A DNA stretch of 64,000 bases from Selaginella moellendorffii. Taxonomy: Eukaryota; Plantae; Lycopodiophyta. The notes below the pieces were generated by a model. That model saw nothing but the letters and a program-made list of their open reading frames with translations, ran no database searches and was not told the origin of the DNA. Both the position numbers and the translations under genes were made by a program. Where the stretch lies: assembly GCF_000143415.4 (NCBI RefSeq), contig NW_003314316.1, positions 323,090 through 387,089 on the forward strand, written 5' to 3'. Shown in pieces: positions 26,087-39,243 of this stretch. Every line of letters begins with the position of its first letter. The first letter of the stretch is position 1.

Positions 26087-28217
26087 AACTCTCGTCCAAA
26101 CCAAGTTAAGACATTTATACTGTTCGATGGACAACGGAAAAAATTAAAAATTAATATAGAAGGGTTTCTTCCATTATCAAGATGTTAATTAAAAAATGCG
26201 GAGAGCAAATGCATGTGCCACCTTGGGTAAAGTAGGTCGTTCACAATGTCGAGCCGTATTTGTGTGGAAGAAGACGCTGTTGTTGCGCCAAAGGTATCTC
26301 TTGCACTGTTGCTTGCTTAGCGAGCTGAAAGTGGGGCAACGGGCGCTGACTGGGAAGAAATTGCAACAGTCGTTGCTAGTGCAGGTGGCCGTCTCAGCAG
26401 TTGCAGGTTTTGCTGGGTCCACGAATACCAAGAGATTACCAGGATTCTTGGAAATTTCTGCTCTGGGAATGTGCAGTGAGCATCTCACTGCTGGTAAGAT
26501 CTTCTCAAAGTGGCTTTTCTAACCTTTAAGCCTTTGTAAACTCAAGGTTTTTTATTGCAAGTCTTGTGTGTCTCTGATGGGTGATGGCTCCACTTACTTG
26601 TACGACTTGGTGCCAGACTTACGGGTTGAACTGGTGGTGACAGACTTACAATCACTTTTTCGGCCATTTGGATGGATTCCCTCGTGAGGGCAAGGAGAGG
26701 ATGGAGAGGATGAGCACTCTATAGCGGCCTGGGCTTTGGCAGCATGAGGAGGACATGCATACAAACTTCCATGCATGCAAAAAACGTCCATATACAAAAA
26801 ATGTTACAAAAATGTTGTTTGTGATATCATTCTAAATAGTGAAAATAAAAGGTGGATTACTTTTTCCTTTTCTTAAATTATTACTAATAAGAGGTTGTTA
26901 GTAACTTGCTCAAATCCTTGCCATCCAGATCCTAAATGCACAAAGGAGAAAACTTAAATTAAAACTTTGTGGTCCCAAATCAAGAGCAACAAAATGCCCT
27001 TCCAAGGCAAATGCTCATGTAGTCCTATCTTGATACTGCCTTAATTAAGAAATAAGCCAACAAAAAAAAAATACAAAATTTTGCTCGGTCTACCAGCGGC
27101 TTGATCCCGAGGTCCGAGCTCATCAAAAGGAAGTAGTGCATCATTCTTGTCTATCCCTTGTCAAGCCCTTGGGCTCCAGGATCACTCCCAGCACGTATAC
27201 CCTATCTCAGACTGTGAGCAACGAGCGACCAGAGTATTCATGCCCACCAACCATGCTCAGTGCACCTGCTTTGCCCAGGCTGTGCAGCTTGCTTATAGTC
27301 GTCAGAATCCCAAGATTATGGCATCCATATGAAGGAGAGATTCACACAGCAATGATCTCAGACTTGCATACAGAACTTCCTCACTGTTGAAATCTAATAT
27401 ACTGCCGGGAGTTTTGGGAGATTCACTCATTGACTTCCTCCACCTCAGCAAGAGAAGACCCAGCTGAGGAGTTTTTGTGAGTTGGGTGAGAGATTCGTGG
27501 TGTCCCTGGGTGTTTGCTGGGCCGAGTTACTTGGTTTCTGGGCATGAGCCATATGCATGTGTCAAAGAGCTTGTCTCAATTTGGTGGCTGTAATGGGGGA
27601 TAGTAAGGCATAGCTTCAATTCATCAAGGTGAGCGACTTTTGCGAGCTGGATGGCATGGAGCTCGCCTGATGCTTTAAGAGGGGTTGAAGTAGGATTTTC
27701 AATTCTTTGACAAATTCTGAGCTGTGAGAGAGCTAGATTGCCATGTGCAAGCGTATGGCTCTTCTAAATGTGACAAGGAACTGTCCAGTGCTGTGTGACT
27801 CTATGGAGCTCCTCACTGCTCGATATGCAAACAACAACCCAGTTCGATGCACTTTCAGCTGTGTTGAATCATGTGTCATTGCCCTAGGTCAAAAAAATCA
27901 AATCCAGTTGCGGTCCTATGAGGTAGGCATGTAGGTTGGGTCTCCTGCATATGGGAAATTGCCTTTGCATTCCAAAACAACAATGCTTGCTACGAGCCCA
28001 AACTTCTCACCTTTGCTTGAGGAAAGTGTATGACATCTTGCCACATATGTTCAACTGCTGATGGAGAGCAAAACTTAGAGAATTGGAGCTAGCATGCTGG
28101 GACTTGGGAGCTCGAGCAATTGAAGATGGAAGAGAGCCATGTATTGCAATTTATCAACTGTTAGAAACTAAGATTAGCTTTGATATTGCCACCAATTTCT
28201 AGTTATCAAATAATCAG

Positions 28218-30445
28218 TTAGATTCCTCTTTCATTTAATAATCTTCTGAAAGTTTCCATTCTATCACCTGCTTTGTGTGGACCTAGATTTGTGACAGAAA
28301 ATGGGCTCCAAAACTTCTCTATAGTAAGAATGAATAAAATGAATAAAAATGTTAAAATCAACTTACCTGCTGCAGCAGCTGCTCTTGGCCATATTATTTG
28401 GTGAATGTTGCTACCATCCACTTTCTCTCCCCACATACACACTTCACCACCAAGAATTAGTTGTTGTTCTCTACCATCAGTGATGCTATCATATGGCTCC
28501 TTGTTGTAAAACTGCTCCCATGTGACTTCAAAATGGTCCAGGTACCATGAAGCCTGCTCGCTTATTATGCACTTCAGTCCTGACTTGACCACACTAGGAG
28601 CAATTGCAGATCCAAGCCTGTAACAACATAGCTTTACTTTGAAACACCACATATTGATTTTCTTATACCAGTTCTGGATGATTGTGTTCTTTGGCAAGCT
28701 TGATCCAAAATTTTGAAATGCTTCCTGCCTAGAAGTATTGTAGAGAAAAATAAATACATGTTATGCAATGCATGGATTACCAGCTAACAGGAACATAACC
28801 ATGTTTCATAGCTAGCTTCTGTACTTCAAGCACAAAAAACTTGTACGCTTGTGTGGCTGTTAAATTGTGCTTGCCCAACCTATCATAAAAGTATCTAGTT
28901 TCAATCGAATTTGATTTTGAGAATATCAGACCATTCAGAAACAAGCTTTGTGCTTTCCCAACAATCTGTTATTATCAAGAGTTAATAAAATAATAATAAT
29001 TCATCACTTCTTACTTGTATTTACTTCGTCTCCTCCAATATGTAACAGCTCAAATGGAAATGCCTTACGCAAATCTAGCAAGTTTGCATGCACTAAATAT
29101 TTTAGAATTTTAATAAATATCATCTATATTACCAAAAAAGATGCCATCAATCACTTCAAACGTGAACTCCTTACTCACGTCTAGTGGAGTTCTGCAATTT
29201 TGGGAAGGCCACAACTGAGGATATCCAACTCCCCTGTAAATTGCAAAGTAATCTCATAAAGCATAAAAGAGAACTGCATACCAAGAACGGGCATGCCCTG
29301 GAACATCGATCTCAGCCATTATACTTATACCCCTCAGTTCAGCATACCTTAGATAGTTACTAACTTATTTATTATTCTCATCCCTTTTAAAGCTTACTTG
29401 ACTAAGTCTTTTGCATGGTCGAGACTATAGCGTTGTTTATTTGAGTAAGAGCCATTCCAAAGCTTTGGGAAAGAAGGGATCTCCAAAGGGAATGATTCAT
29501 CGTCAGAAATATGCCAATGCAAAACGTTCTGGAACAGAGTAAGTTGATAAATTATTAAGCCAAAGCACTTACTAGCTTGGCATAGGCCATGGAATCAATA
29601 ATAGTCTTTATTGTGTTTAATGGTAAGTAATGTCGTGCAGTATCTAGTTATTTAGCAAAATTAAGATTTAAAAGAAAATAAAAATTCATACCTATCAAAA
29701 GGCCTCTATACAAGAATCTTGGCTCATCAAAAATGTCCCAAGGGCAATTCTCCAAAAAAATAGTTTTTGCTTCAACATTGTATCTGCAGATCTGACTGAA
29801 AGTCTATGCAACAAAAACTTTGAACCAAGCCTGACTAATTTCTTCAATTATTACCTCCAATCCTCGAAGGGCTCCATAGACAGTGTTTGCCTTGTTCGAA
29901 CCAACCAACAAACAAATGCTTTTACAAATAAAAGATCTTACCTGGAGAAATGCGCTTTTTGGATCCAAAGGATCTGGAATTTGGAGGTGGTAAGATTCAT
30001 CAGTCCCGATATGGAGCTGCTAAAAGATCAACATTAGAACCAAACAAGCAGGAGAGTCTCAATTTGCTCTCACGCTTTGGTTGTATGAGAAGAGATCAAT
30101 ACGAAGCTTGTCTAAAACAAACTTTGGTGGATTGATCACCAAATCTTGTACTAACGTTCTTTGACCACTAATCAGTGCAGTGTACCGATCCATCCCTGCG
30201 TGCAAGACAACCAAATCCTGTGGAGCTGAGGTGTATATACTAAATTTTGGAGACAGTGTCATAGAGAGGGAGCCTTTGGAGTAATTTTTTGGTGCTGGTA
30301 AGATGAAATCACTTGAGCTGCCATGATGATCCCAATCACTCAAAACTACACCCCATGGGCTCCCATTCCAAAGTTTAAAGGTGATTGTGAACAAAACCAC
30401 TACAAGATATATTAGTATCCCTCTCAATGGTTTTTTACTCAACAT
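28218..30445 (-). CDS. Beta-hexosaminidase (GH20, HEXO1/HEXO3-like), about 14 exons, apparently intact
   Basis: N-terminal TM anchor; [51 protein letters not shown], catalytic [25 protein letters not shown]. The exons I joined stay in frame. Confidence 0.9.
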
Positions 30446-31162
30446 TGTGCTAGTGTTTCCATTTCTGTCATTCCTTATTTATTATCTTAGAAAAAAAAAA
30501 TCCAGTCACCCAAATTGTATACACCTACTGAATAAGAAAAATTCTTCTGATTGTTCACCAGTTCACCACCAACGCTACTCTCCAAACCCATGCTGATGTC
30601 CAACCTATCTTTATCTTGTCATAATTCACCTAATTTATTCACTAAGAAATTATTCTTTTAATTATTTCACAAACAGTATATTATTAAGAATATTTCTTAA
30701 GGAATCTATGTATATTCTAAGATATTTCTGTAATCAAAGTAATTTACAATTTTAGGGTTTTTGACTTCCAGCCACCCGCACAACTACAACCCCAAGGTTG
30801 AGGGTGCTCACCCTTGGAGTACTCTACCTTTGTCCTCAGCTTGTGCTTAGTGGTTTTCCTATACACAGGTTCTTTCCTTGCTCCCCTTCTCTCATGTGTT
30901 GTGTTTTATCTCTTTCTTCAAAGACTCGCCATTTTACTTTACCGGCTAGCTATCGGCCTTGAAGGTCCTCCACGCGGACACTAACTTGGGGCTGTTAGCA
31001 ATTGGTTTCTGTTCTTATTCTTGAAAGGACATTCTTTCAAAGAATCTCCTAAATACTGCATTTATATTAAATCTCAAGTGAATGTTTATTAGCTATTATA
31101 TGGTGGAAGTCGATATTTAAAGACATATACCATGGTGGAAGTTTTCCAAATGTCCTTTAATT

Positions 31163-32899
31163 CTAATCCTTGCTTATGGAATTGACACAAAGAAAACCCA
31201 CATTGAGTTTGCCATTGGTCATCCTCATGCAATCAATTGTGTAACTCCACCCGGATCCCAGAGCTCCAACGAATAAATCAGCCTCTAGAGCCATCATCAA
31301 ATTGACATAGCTATTGCCAAATGCAGTCCTCTTGCCAAGAGATTTCATATACTTGATCTCCACCTTCATGAAGTAAAATTTCCAATCCTTAACATCCATA
31401 AAAACAATGCAAAAAATGTTTCAAAAAGAAGTTTTCTTCTTACTTGCATCTCTGTGGAAAGCCATACGTTCTCCAAGTCTGGAAATTTTCTTCTCAACGT
31501 GTTTGCAAGGTTTATGTAGTCTTTGAAAGGATGGAGTGTCATCTCCCCACCTTTATCTCCTTGCCTTACATGGATGCTTACTATAGGTCTTGGAATCCAA
31601 GGTCCATACTTGTTCCACACAAATTCCTCTAGGGGAGTTTGGGCTTGCTCTTGCAGGAAGTTAACTGGCAAATCTCTTGGTAGAGAGAGGACAATAGCTC
31701 TAGCAGCTTTTATTCCAAATGCTTGATGTCGGGCTTGGTTTAATAAGTTGCAAAGATACTCACTTGGAAAACGCATTAGATAACGATAAGCCGTCACAAA
31801 AAGAATTTTCAAGTGAAAGGAAAAGAAAAGTTTCTATAACTTATACCTGTGCTCTCCACCACCTCCGTTTATTATAGTAATAAATATCTCCCAAAACTGC
31901 TCCATTTAACTCCTCTGTTAGTCGCATTTTCTTCCATGGTTCACCCCAAATCCTAATCTTTTCCTTGGATTAATGGATCTACCATATAAAATAAAACAAA
32001 CCTTGGTACACCAGACCACAGACCAAGGGTGTTGTTCGATTTTTTTAATATCCCTTGATTCCATGCATTCTCATCAGAATATAATTCCATAGCACGACTG
32101 ATACATTCTTTAGAGGCCTCCAGAGCAAAATAGCAAGACCACCTCATATAATTTTGTCCTGGAAGAAAGTGATACTTCAATTAATTTTTCTAGCATAATA
32201 TTAACAAACCTGTGCATCCCTGATGGTTTGCTCCATGGTAAGGCAATGTAACAAAAACCCTTCCTTCACTCACAGCTAGAGAAAGTATGGATGAAAGGTA
32301 TGCAATTTGAGAACCAGCACCAATAGGAAAATTATCACTGTGCCAGTGTGCCAAGAGAAATGTCACATTGCTACAATCTTTGTTGGTGGAGCCACAAATC
32401 ATGCTGCACAAGCCTTGTCAAGGGAAGATTGTCGTCATTACCACCGCTAATCTGTAGAAAAAATAAATTTCCCTCTTAGAATGTTTCATGTTAAGGTGAT
32501 ACTTTGCCATGGTATAAAATTCGAGATGCTCTCTTGTGATCCTCCCCAATAGCAGTTTCCCACAAGTTCCATGGAGGCAGTTCACCATCTTTTCCACGAC
32601 GATCCATCCTTGTATGCAGCTCATTGCATCTTTTACAATCTTGGATGTGAGGTGGAAAAGGAACTCCTGCTGGAGCTTTGAATCTACTGGTATCTTTGCG
32701 GATCACTTGATCCAAACCTTTGCTCCAAATATCTACTAAAGCTTTCACCTTGCTTGGAACCTTTGTGTCAGGGTGTGACCATCTAATGCTGCTTCTAGTA
32801 AGATTTCTTTGCTTCAGATGATAATCAATTACTAGAAAAGATGTTAAAAATAATAAGTAAGGCTAGACAATGCACCTTGAAATATCTGAAAGCCTCCAT
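31163..32899 (-). pseudogene. Plant alpha-1,6-fucosyltransferase-like (GT23/FUT8-like) copy 1, frameshifted
   Basis: PHIQDC, ELPPW, HQGCTG, WSCYF, YLMRFPSEYLCNLLN, PRPIVSIHVRQGDK, VWLSTEMQ, ADLFVGALGSGWS. Frameshifts in the TM-coding T-run (~32845) and at WLHQ/DCS (~32380); deletions in the last exon. Confidence 0.8.
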
Positions 32900-34137
32900 G
32901 CTTGGGGGATTGTTTTAGTGGACAGCTGGTAATTACCAATGTTTTGGTGAGACCAAACAAAGGCATTTTAAATCTTCAATTTCTGACGCTGTAGCACCTC
33001 GCGTCAGAGTTTATTCTGTCCGTAGTCCCGATGCCTTGAAGAAATTCACTCCACGCACCAAGAATAACTGTGTTTAGGGAAAATCATTAATTGTCTTGAC
33101 CATTGGCATTTGCCACAAATCGGACTTCTGGGAAGAATAAAGCGATCACGACGCATTATGGGGTAAAGTTTGGTTCATGTTTGTTTCAATTCGTTGGTAT
33201 TAGTATAGTTCTCGTAGGTAAGCAGTGGCAGATTTGTGTATGGTCGACCAAATTTCTGAAGCATTTTTCCGTGACGGAAGAACTCATTTGATGAGAGAAA
33301 CATGAAAACACGGATCTTTATTAATACGTGAAAACCAAGGGAAACCCCCGGTTTACACTAGCATGTTTCCAGCCGTACAAAATAGTGTATGCTTGCAGAG
33401 GCTAGACAAACGGAGAGAGCTTTTACGTAATGCATACTCTGGATCAAAACCAGGCAAACTCATGGCTTTGAGTTGATTGCGATGGGCCTTGTACAAAACT
33501 TACAGGTGCCTATTTCGATGTCAGCTCAACTCTGTGTAGGATGGAAAGAGAACACACACCGCTTCTCGCATACAAGATTCCCACAAGGTACAATTCATCC
33601 ACATCAGCAAAGCTCCTGCTTGCGGCATCTCCGAGTCTGATCTAAGTCGAGGAATCGATGAGGTTCATATCAAGCTCTATCATGTGAACCAGTTTTCCCA
33701 ACGTTTCCCTTGCAGAACGCGTCAATTTCTTACGTCAGGCTGGATCGGGCTAGTGCAAAATTTTCTTGTCCTTGCCAGGCAAATCCCGAAAATGACAGCA
33801 TGCTATTCGACGGTGCGTGCATCGAGAGCACAGCCACGATAAAACAAATCTAGGACCACACACCTGTTTGCCTCTCAGCAGTTAGGAGCATAGAAGTTCC
33901 TAGTGGAGCAAAACTGGCAAACTCTGAAGTTTGACGTATTAATTTCTCATTCTGATCTTGGGTTTTCTTTCCTCTAAAATCTCAGTTGTGCAGCTAAACC
34001 GAGCAAAATGTTTTTCCACGCTTCGTGGACTCAAGGTTAATCTCCTGATTAGTATTTGGTGAGCAAGAATAACCTAGAACTTTTAGGTGGTGCTTTCCAA
34101 ATAAAATGTGAACTTAATTCTATATTTTCAGAGCAAA

Positions 34138-35692
34138 ATGTTCAAACGACTTGCGCTTTGGATTCTCTTTGCGGTCCTCTTGATTATCAGCTGGCGGCCA
34201 GTGTTTGATTTGTGGAGCAATGAGTTGGATCGAACCATCAACGCTGATCTCGACAGCAATATTAGAGCCGTGATGAAGTTTGCTGGCCGTCACCTCCAAG
34301 ATTGCAAGCACTGCAGCGCCATGAATTCCATGTTCGATCACGACTCCACCTCGACAAGAGAATTTCCCGCATGGGTACGTTCTAATTGGTAGGAACTTCT
34401 TTCATTTCAGTGTTGTCTTACACAGATCAATGGAGCTGAGGAGGACAATCTCCCATTCACACGGCGCGTCCAGCGTGATATTTGGTTGCACCAACACCCC
34501 CGAAACTGTAGCGATGCGAAATTCCTACTGGCACATTGGTACGAAACAAGTGATTCAGTTGGAGTTGGATCGGACATGGTGTCCATGGCTGGAATGCTGG
34601 GAGCAGCTATTATTGAGAATAGGGCCAAACACAAAGGCTGCACAGGTGAACGAGATTCTTGGACTGGAGAGTATTTAAGATTTTGTGATTATGCTCAGGA
34701 TCAAGTCATGTTGCTGGTCATGTTATTTTGTTCCGGAGGCCTCCGAGGAGTGCATAACACGGGCATTGCAGCTTTCTATGCAGGAGGAGGCCAAGAGAGA
34801 GGGAATTGTTAAGGACTTCAGCGGGGATCAATGGAATCTTGTGCCCAGGTGAGAGAAAGAAAGTAAATGTAGCTTGGTTTTAATAGACAACCATAGTTCT
34901 TGGGGGAAGCCATGGAAAGCAATGCAACCAACTGTGGAGCTGGATGGAAAGCTTGTGAATCACAACGCAAACCATCGAAGGTGGTGGAGAGCTCAGGCAA
35001 GTTTATAGAAGCTAGTCTAAGATTTAAACAGAGATTTATACACAGGCACTCCTCTCTCTCATACGTTTTCCAAGTGAGTACCTTTGCAATCTTATGAACC
35101 TAGCAAGGCACAGGTCATTTGGAGAGGAAGTAGCAATACTTGTTGACAAACCTCTTCCATTGTCGACTGAGATTAATAGTTTGGAGGAGCAGAGCTGCAG
35201 GCCATGGATGCCACGTCCTATGGTTAGCATCCATGTAAGGCAGGAGGACAAGGGAAGAGAAATGGAGATTATTTCCTTTCATGAGTATATGAAGCTTTCC
35301 AACTCTCTTTGCCAGAGATTTCCAGATGTAAAGAGTGTATGGCTTTCGACAGAAATGGAGGTAATATAACTTCCTCTCACATTCTAAGAGACTATTATTA
35401 CTTTTAGGACGTTATGGAAGAATCTGAGCAGTACAAAGACTGGAACTTCTACTACACTAAGGTACAAAGGCAGGCTGGAAATATCAGAATGGCGGAATAT
35501 ATGTCATTAATTGGAATGAGGCAAGCTTTTGATAATAGCTTTGTGAACCTGTTGATCGCTGGAGAGTGTGATCTTTTGGTGGGAGTGTTGGGTTCAACTT
35601 GGAGTTATGTTCTGGATGGTTTGAGGATGACTAATGGCAAAGTTACCTCTGGCTTCCTCACTGTCAACCCCATCAATTCCCTCCTCAAATAA
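34138..35692 (+). pseudogene. GT23/FUT8-like fucosyltransferase copy 2, frameshifted and internally deleted
   Basis: Type II anchor, RRVQRDIWLHQHPRNC, PRPMVSIHVRQEDK, VWLSTEME, ECDLLVGVLGSTWS. Deletion at ENR/AKHKGCT and a frameshift before WSCYFVPE (~34715). Confidence 0.8.
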
Positions 35693-37491
35693 AAGCTTAA
35701 TTAACATTTGCTAGTTCAATAGGACTTACTTCTGACAATGATTAGTAGCTTTGAAATGCATGTCTTTACTCACTTTTAAGTGAATATCTTTAATATATTC
35801 TCATTCATAATAACCTCGTTCATAATTAGTAAGTTTCTCATAGAATTCCCAAGATAAACATCCCCAAAAGATTGTAGCTTTCAACTTCATCTTAAGTGAA
35901 GAGTTTGGGAAACAGCTGGAGTATTTCATGGTTGTCAATAACTTTGATATGATGTTTCTCTAGCATTACAGTCATGATTGTAGTGACGGCCCTCATTAAC
36001 AATGAACCACAGGAATATTTCAATATTATTCCATGGCCTATGGGATTTAAGGCCATAATGCTTTATGGGTTGGGAGGTTAGCCTAGGGTTCACTCTCTTA
36101 TTCATTTCATTGGTATCAGAGCAACACATTCTTTTGGGGATGGTAGATAAGTGAGATATTGATCTTAATGAAGAGTATGGCATTAGTGATGATGGTTATT
36201 ACAATGAGGATGAAACTCTTGATGATGTTGTTATATAGTAAGGACACTAGATTTCTGAAGTTCAAAGTGACATTAAAGAGGTTAAGGATTCTATCAATTT
36301 CATTAAGGATTTTTTGCTTCACATGGACCCTCAAGGGTTGAATTAATCTCATGTTTATGATTTCCATTGGTATGTTAAACATGCTAAAGATTATGGTATT
36401 GTGGAATGGAAGTTATCACCAGATGTTTATATAGTTAAGAAGTTGATTCTTGGTTAGCATTGTGGGAAAGTTGTTAGTCCTACAATCTTTATGAAGATAA
36501 GGTGAAGATTAATTTTTTTGTGATGAAGCTTACGAGTTATACTTCTTTATAGTGGAAGAATTACATCAAAGCTAATCCAAAATTGACTTTTTGGATTGAT
36601 TTGACAAAAGTTTTCCACACTTCATTTGTCAAGAAGTTTGAACAGGTTGATCTCGTGAATCAACTTAAAAATTTAGCAAAGGATTTTGTCTTTGGATGTG
36701 TACACCCATAAGTTTTGTGACCTTAGTCTCACGGGCATTTATAATGAGTTGCTAAAGGTGCAATATTTCATCAAAGGTTTGAGCTTAGTGGATGTGCAAC
36801 AAAAGGTTAAGAAGGATTTTCCAACAATGTTAACTTATGCTATCACTAAGGCTTAGATCTTTTCACTCAAACCATTAGTCAATTCGGTCAATTTTTGTCA
36901 ACAGGATGGTCTATGGGGTAGTCAACGTGATGACCAACCCGCAAATGCTTCACATTCAAGGAAGAAATGGCCATTGTTCTATCATGACTCAAAGCATGAA
37001 GATGGTAATAAAGCTAAGAAACTTCATTTGGACTAGCAAGAGAAGGACAAAGTAGAAGGCAATTATTTTCATTGCCATAGGGCTAAATATTAAGGTAAGG
37101 ATTGTCCTAAAGGGGTTAATGAATGTTAAGATGATTGTGGTGGAATTTATAGTCAATAATAGGCAATGATATGAGTGATATTGTTATTGGAGATTGTATT
37201 GCTTCAAGTTAGGCATTCTCTCACATACATGAGCCACAAGTTTGATGCCATATAGCAAACTTGGATTACTCGAGACAAAGAGTTGTATGCTATGATTGCT
37301 GTTGTGAAGGAATGGCAATATTATTTATATGGATTGGACTTCTATGTGAATTCAGATTATCAGTCTCTTTAGTATTTTAGTCGACATAAGAATTTTGGAA
37401 GCTACCTTACTCGTTGGCAAGAGTTCCTGCAGGAAATGTCTAGTACAAACATAGAGGTGACAATAAAGTTGTTGTTGCATTATCTAGGATG

Positions 37492-38108
37492 TGTGAGACA
37501 CAAAATCCCTAGGCCCCAAAGTGGAGCCGGAAGGGCGCCACATGGTAGTGGCCGAAGCGAGAGCCAAACGAGCGTAACACGTTTGGACCAAAAGCTCCGA
37601 CTTGAAAAGTTAAGAGCGGGAGTGGAACTCCCAATGAAGTGCTCGAGGAATGAGCACGAAGCGAGCAAAAGGCGAGGCTCCAAAAAGGGACCCAAAAGGA
37701 CCAACACATGACACGTGGGAGTGTCCGAGATGGACTCGAGTTGGAGTCCGAAGTGGAGTCCGAGATGGACCCGAGTTGGAGTCCGAAGTGGAGTCCGAGA
37801 TGGACCCGAGTTGGAGTCCGAAGTGGAGTCCGAAGTGGAGTCCGAGGTGGAGTCTGAGATGGAGTCCGAAGTGGAGTCCGAGGTGGACCCGAGATGGACC
37901 CGAGTTGGAGTCCGAAGTGGAGTCCAAGATGGACCCGAGATGGAGTCCGAGATGGAGTCCGAGGTGGACCCAAGATGGACCCGAAATGGAGTCCGAGATG
38001 GAGTCCGAGATGGACCCGAGATGGACCCAAGATGGAGTCCGAGATGGAGTCCGAGATGGACTTCGAGATGGAGACCGAGATGGAGTCCGAAGTCGAGACC
38101 GAGACCGG

Positions 38109-38140
<32 letters not shown>

Positions 38141-39243
38141 TCGGGACCGAGACCGAGACCGAGGCCGAGGCCGAGACCGAGCCCGAGCCCGAGTCCGAGT
38201 CCGAGTCCAAATCCGAGTCCGAGTCCGAGTCCGAGTTCGGAGCCTGAGAGGGTGAAAGCCCAAAGCGTTCGTCTCCCAGACCCTGGGGGGTTTGGTGAGC
38301 TCCAAAAGTATAGTAGGGGGAGGACTGCAGTGGAGCCAGTTTGGCCAGGAAAGGCCAGTTTGGCCCAGGAAGGCCAGACCCAGTGTTGGGTGATGAGCTG
38401 CCCACTGGGAAGTCCAAGACTAGAGTGAACACGGACCGACAAGCGGGGTAGCTTAGTGAAGTGTTCAAGAGCCGGCTCTAGTTCCCCCGGGAGATCAACT
38501 GGCCGATGCTCCCAATCCAAGTGTGGGTGGCACTACCTACTTGGATACCTGGTGTGGCTCAACGGAACCTCGCTCTAAGCCCATGGCTAGAGCACCTAAA
38601 GACGAAAGGCGGGGAGAGTACCCATGAGGCTTGCGTAAGGCCACGGTGTTCCGAAATGGTGTCCCAAAGTCCCAGACTGTGGAAAGGAAGAGGGGTAGCC
38701 CTCCGGTGTGGTGACCAAGGACACAGTCACACAGTGAGGAAGTCCTAGAGGATAGTGGGACTTAGTGGTCGGGCCGGTGGGCCTCGATCCAGTGGCAGTG
38801 TTGGCGAACACAGCCAAGGATAGAAAGGGACTTGGTGGGGACCGGAACAGAGATATTGGGGAAGGCTATTCCCCATATCTGTAGGCATCTTAAGGATGTT
38901 AAGGAGTGGATCTGGGATGACCACTCATGGACGGATGACCCAGTCTTTGAGAGACGGGATTGGAATGTAGGTGGTGTTGGACCACCAGTGTGACCAAGGT
39001 AAATGGGCATGGCCTTAGCGTAACAGGCTGATATGTCGGTGGTACCTTGGGGTGTTGATCATGGGATCGGACACGTGGAGCACTTGGACCAAGTGCTAAG
39101 GTTGAGTGGCATGGATGCCATTCTCGGGGCTAGCAAGCCCCAAGTCCTGAGTTGGGCTTATGGAGGTTGTGAATGAGACTCCTCCAAGTGGTCGGAGGTG
39201 TGGTTAAGTGACTAAAGTAGAATGGAAAAATTAGTCGCTTACA
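37492..39243 (+). mobile_element. 1752-bp solo LTR
   Basis: TGTGAG...GCTTACA ends with 5-bp TSD GGATG (37487-37491 and 39244-39248). Removing it restores the host element frame ALSRM-VNSISFL. Confidence 0.9.
37720..38240 (+). repeat. Degenerate hexamer tandem array (GAGTCC/GAGATG/GAAGTG/GAGACC) inside the solo LTR
   Basis: About 520 bp of 6-bp-periodic units, which explains the stop-free low-complexity ORFs in several frames. Confidence 0.95.

Noticed and set aside
26189-28140. Coding-like fragments between UBA1 and HEXO
   Set aside because: No recognisable homology; stops in all frames.
30730-31000. GC-richer island that might be a small LTR or MITE
   Set aside because: No convincing terminal repeats or TSD.
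33300-33950. Exon-like segments between the divergent GT23 copies
   Set aside because: Could not assemble an ORF or assign a family.
37720-38240. CRISPR-like array
   Set aside because: No constant repeat with unique spacers; eukaryotic context.
37480-38520. Long ORFs in several frames resembling SR/RS-rich, acidic or WSPR-repeat proteins
   Set aside because: Artefacts of a stop-free hexamer array inside a TSD-flanked solo LTR; the same applies to 698-989 and 63637-63927.
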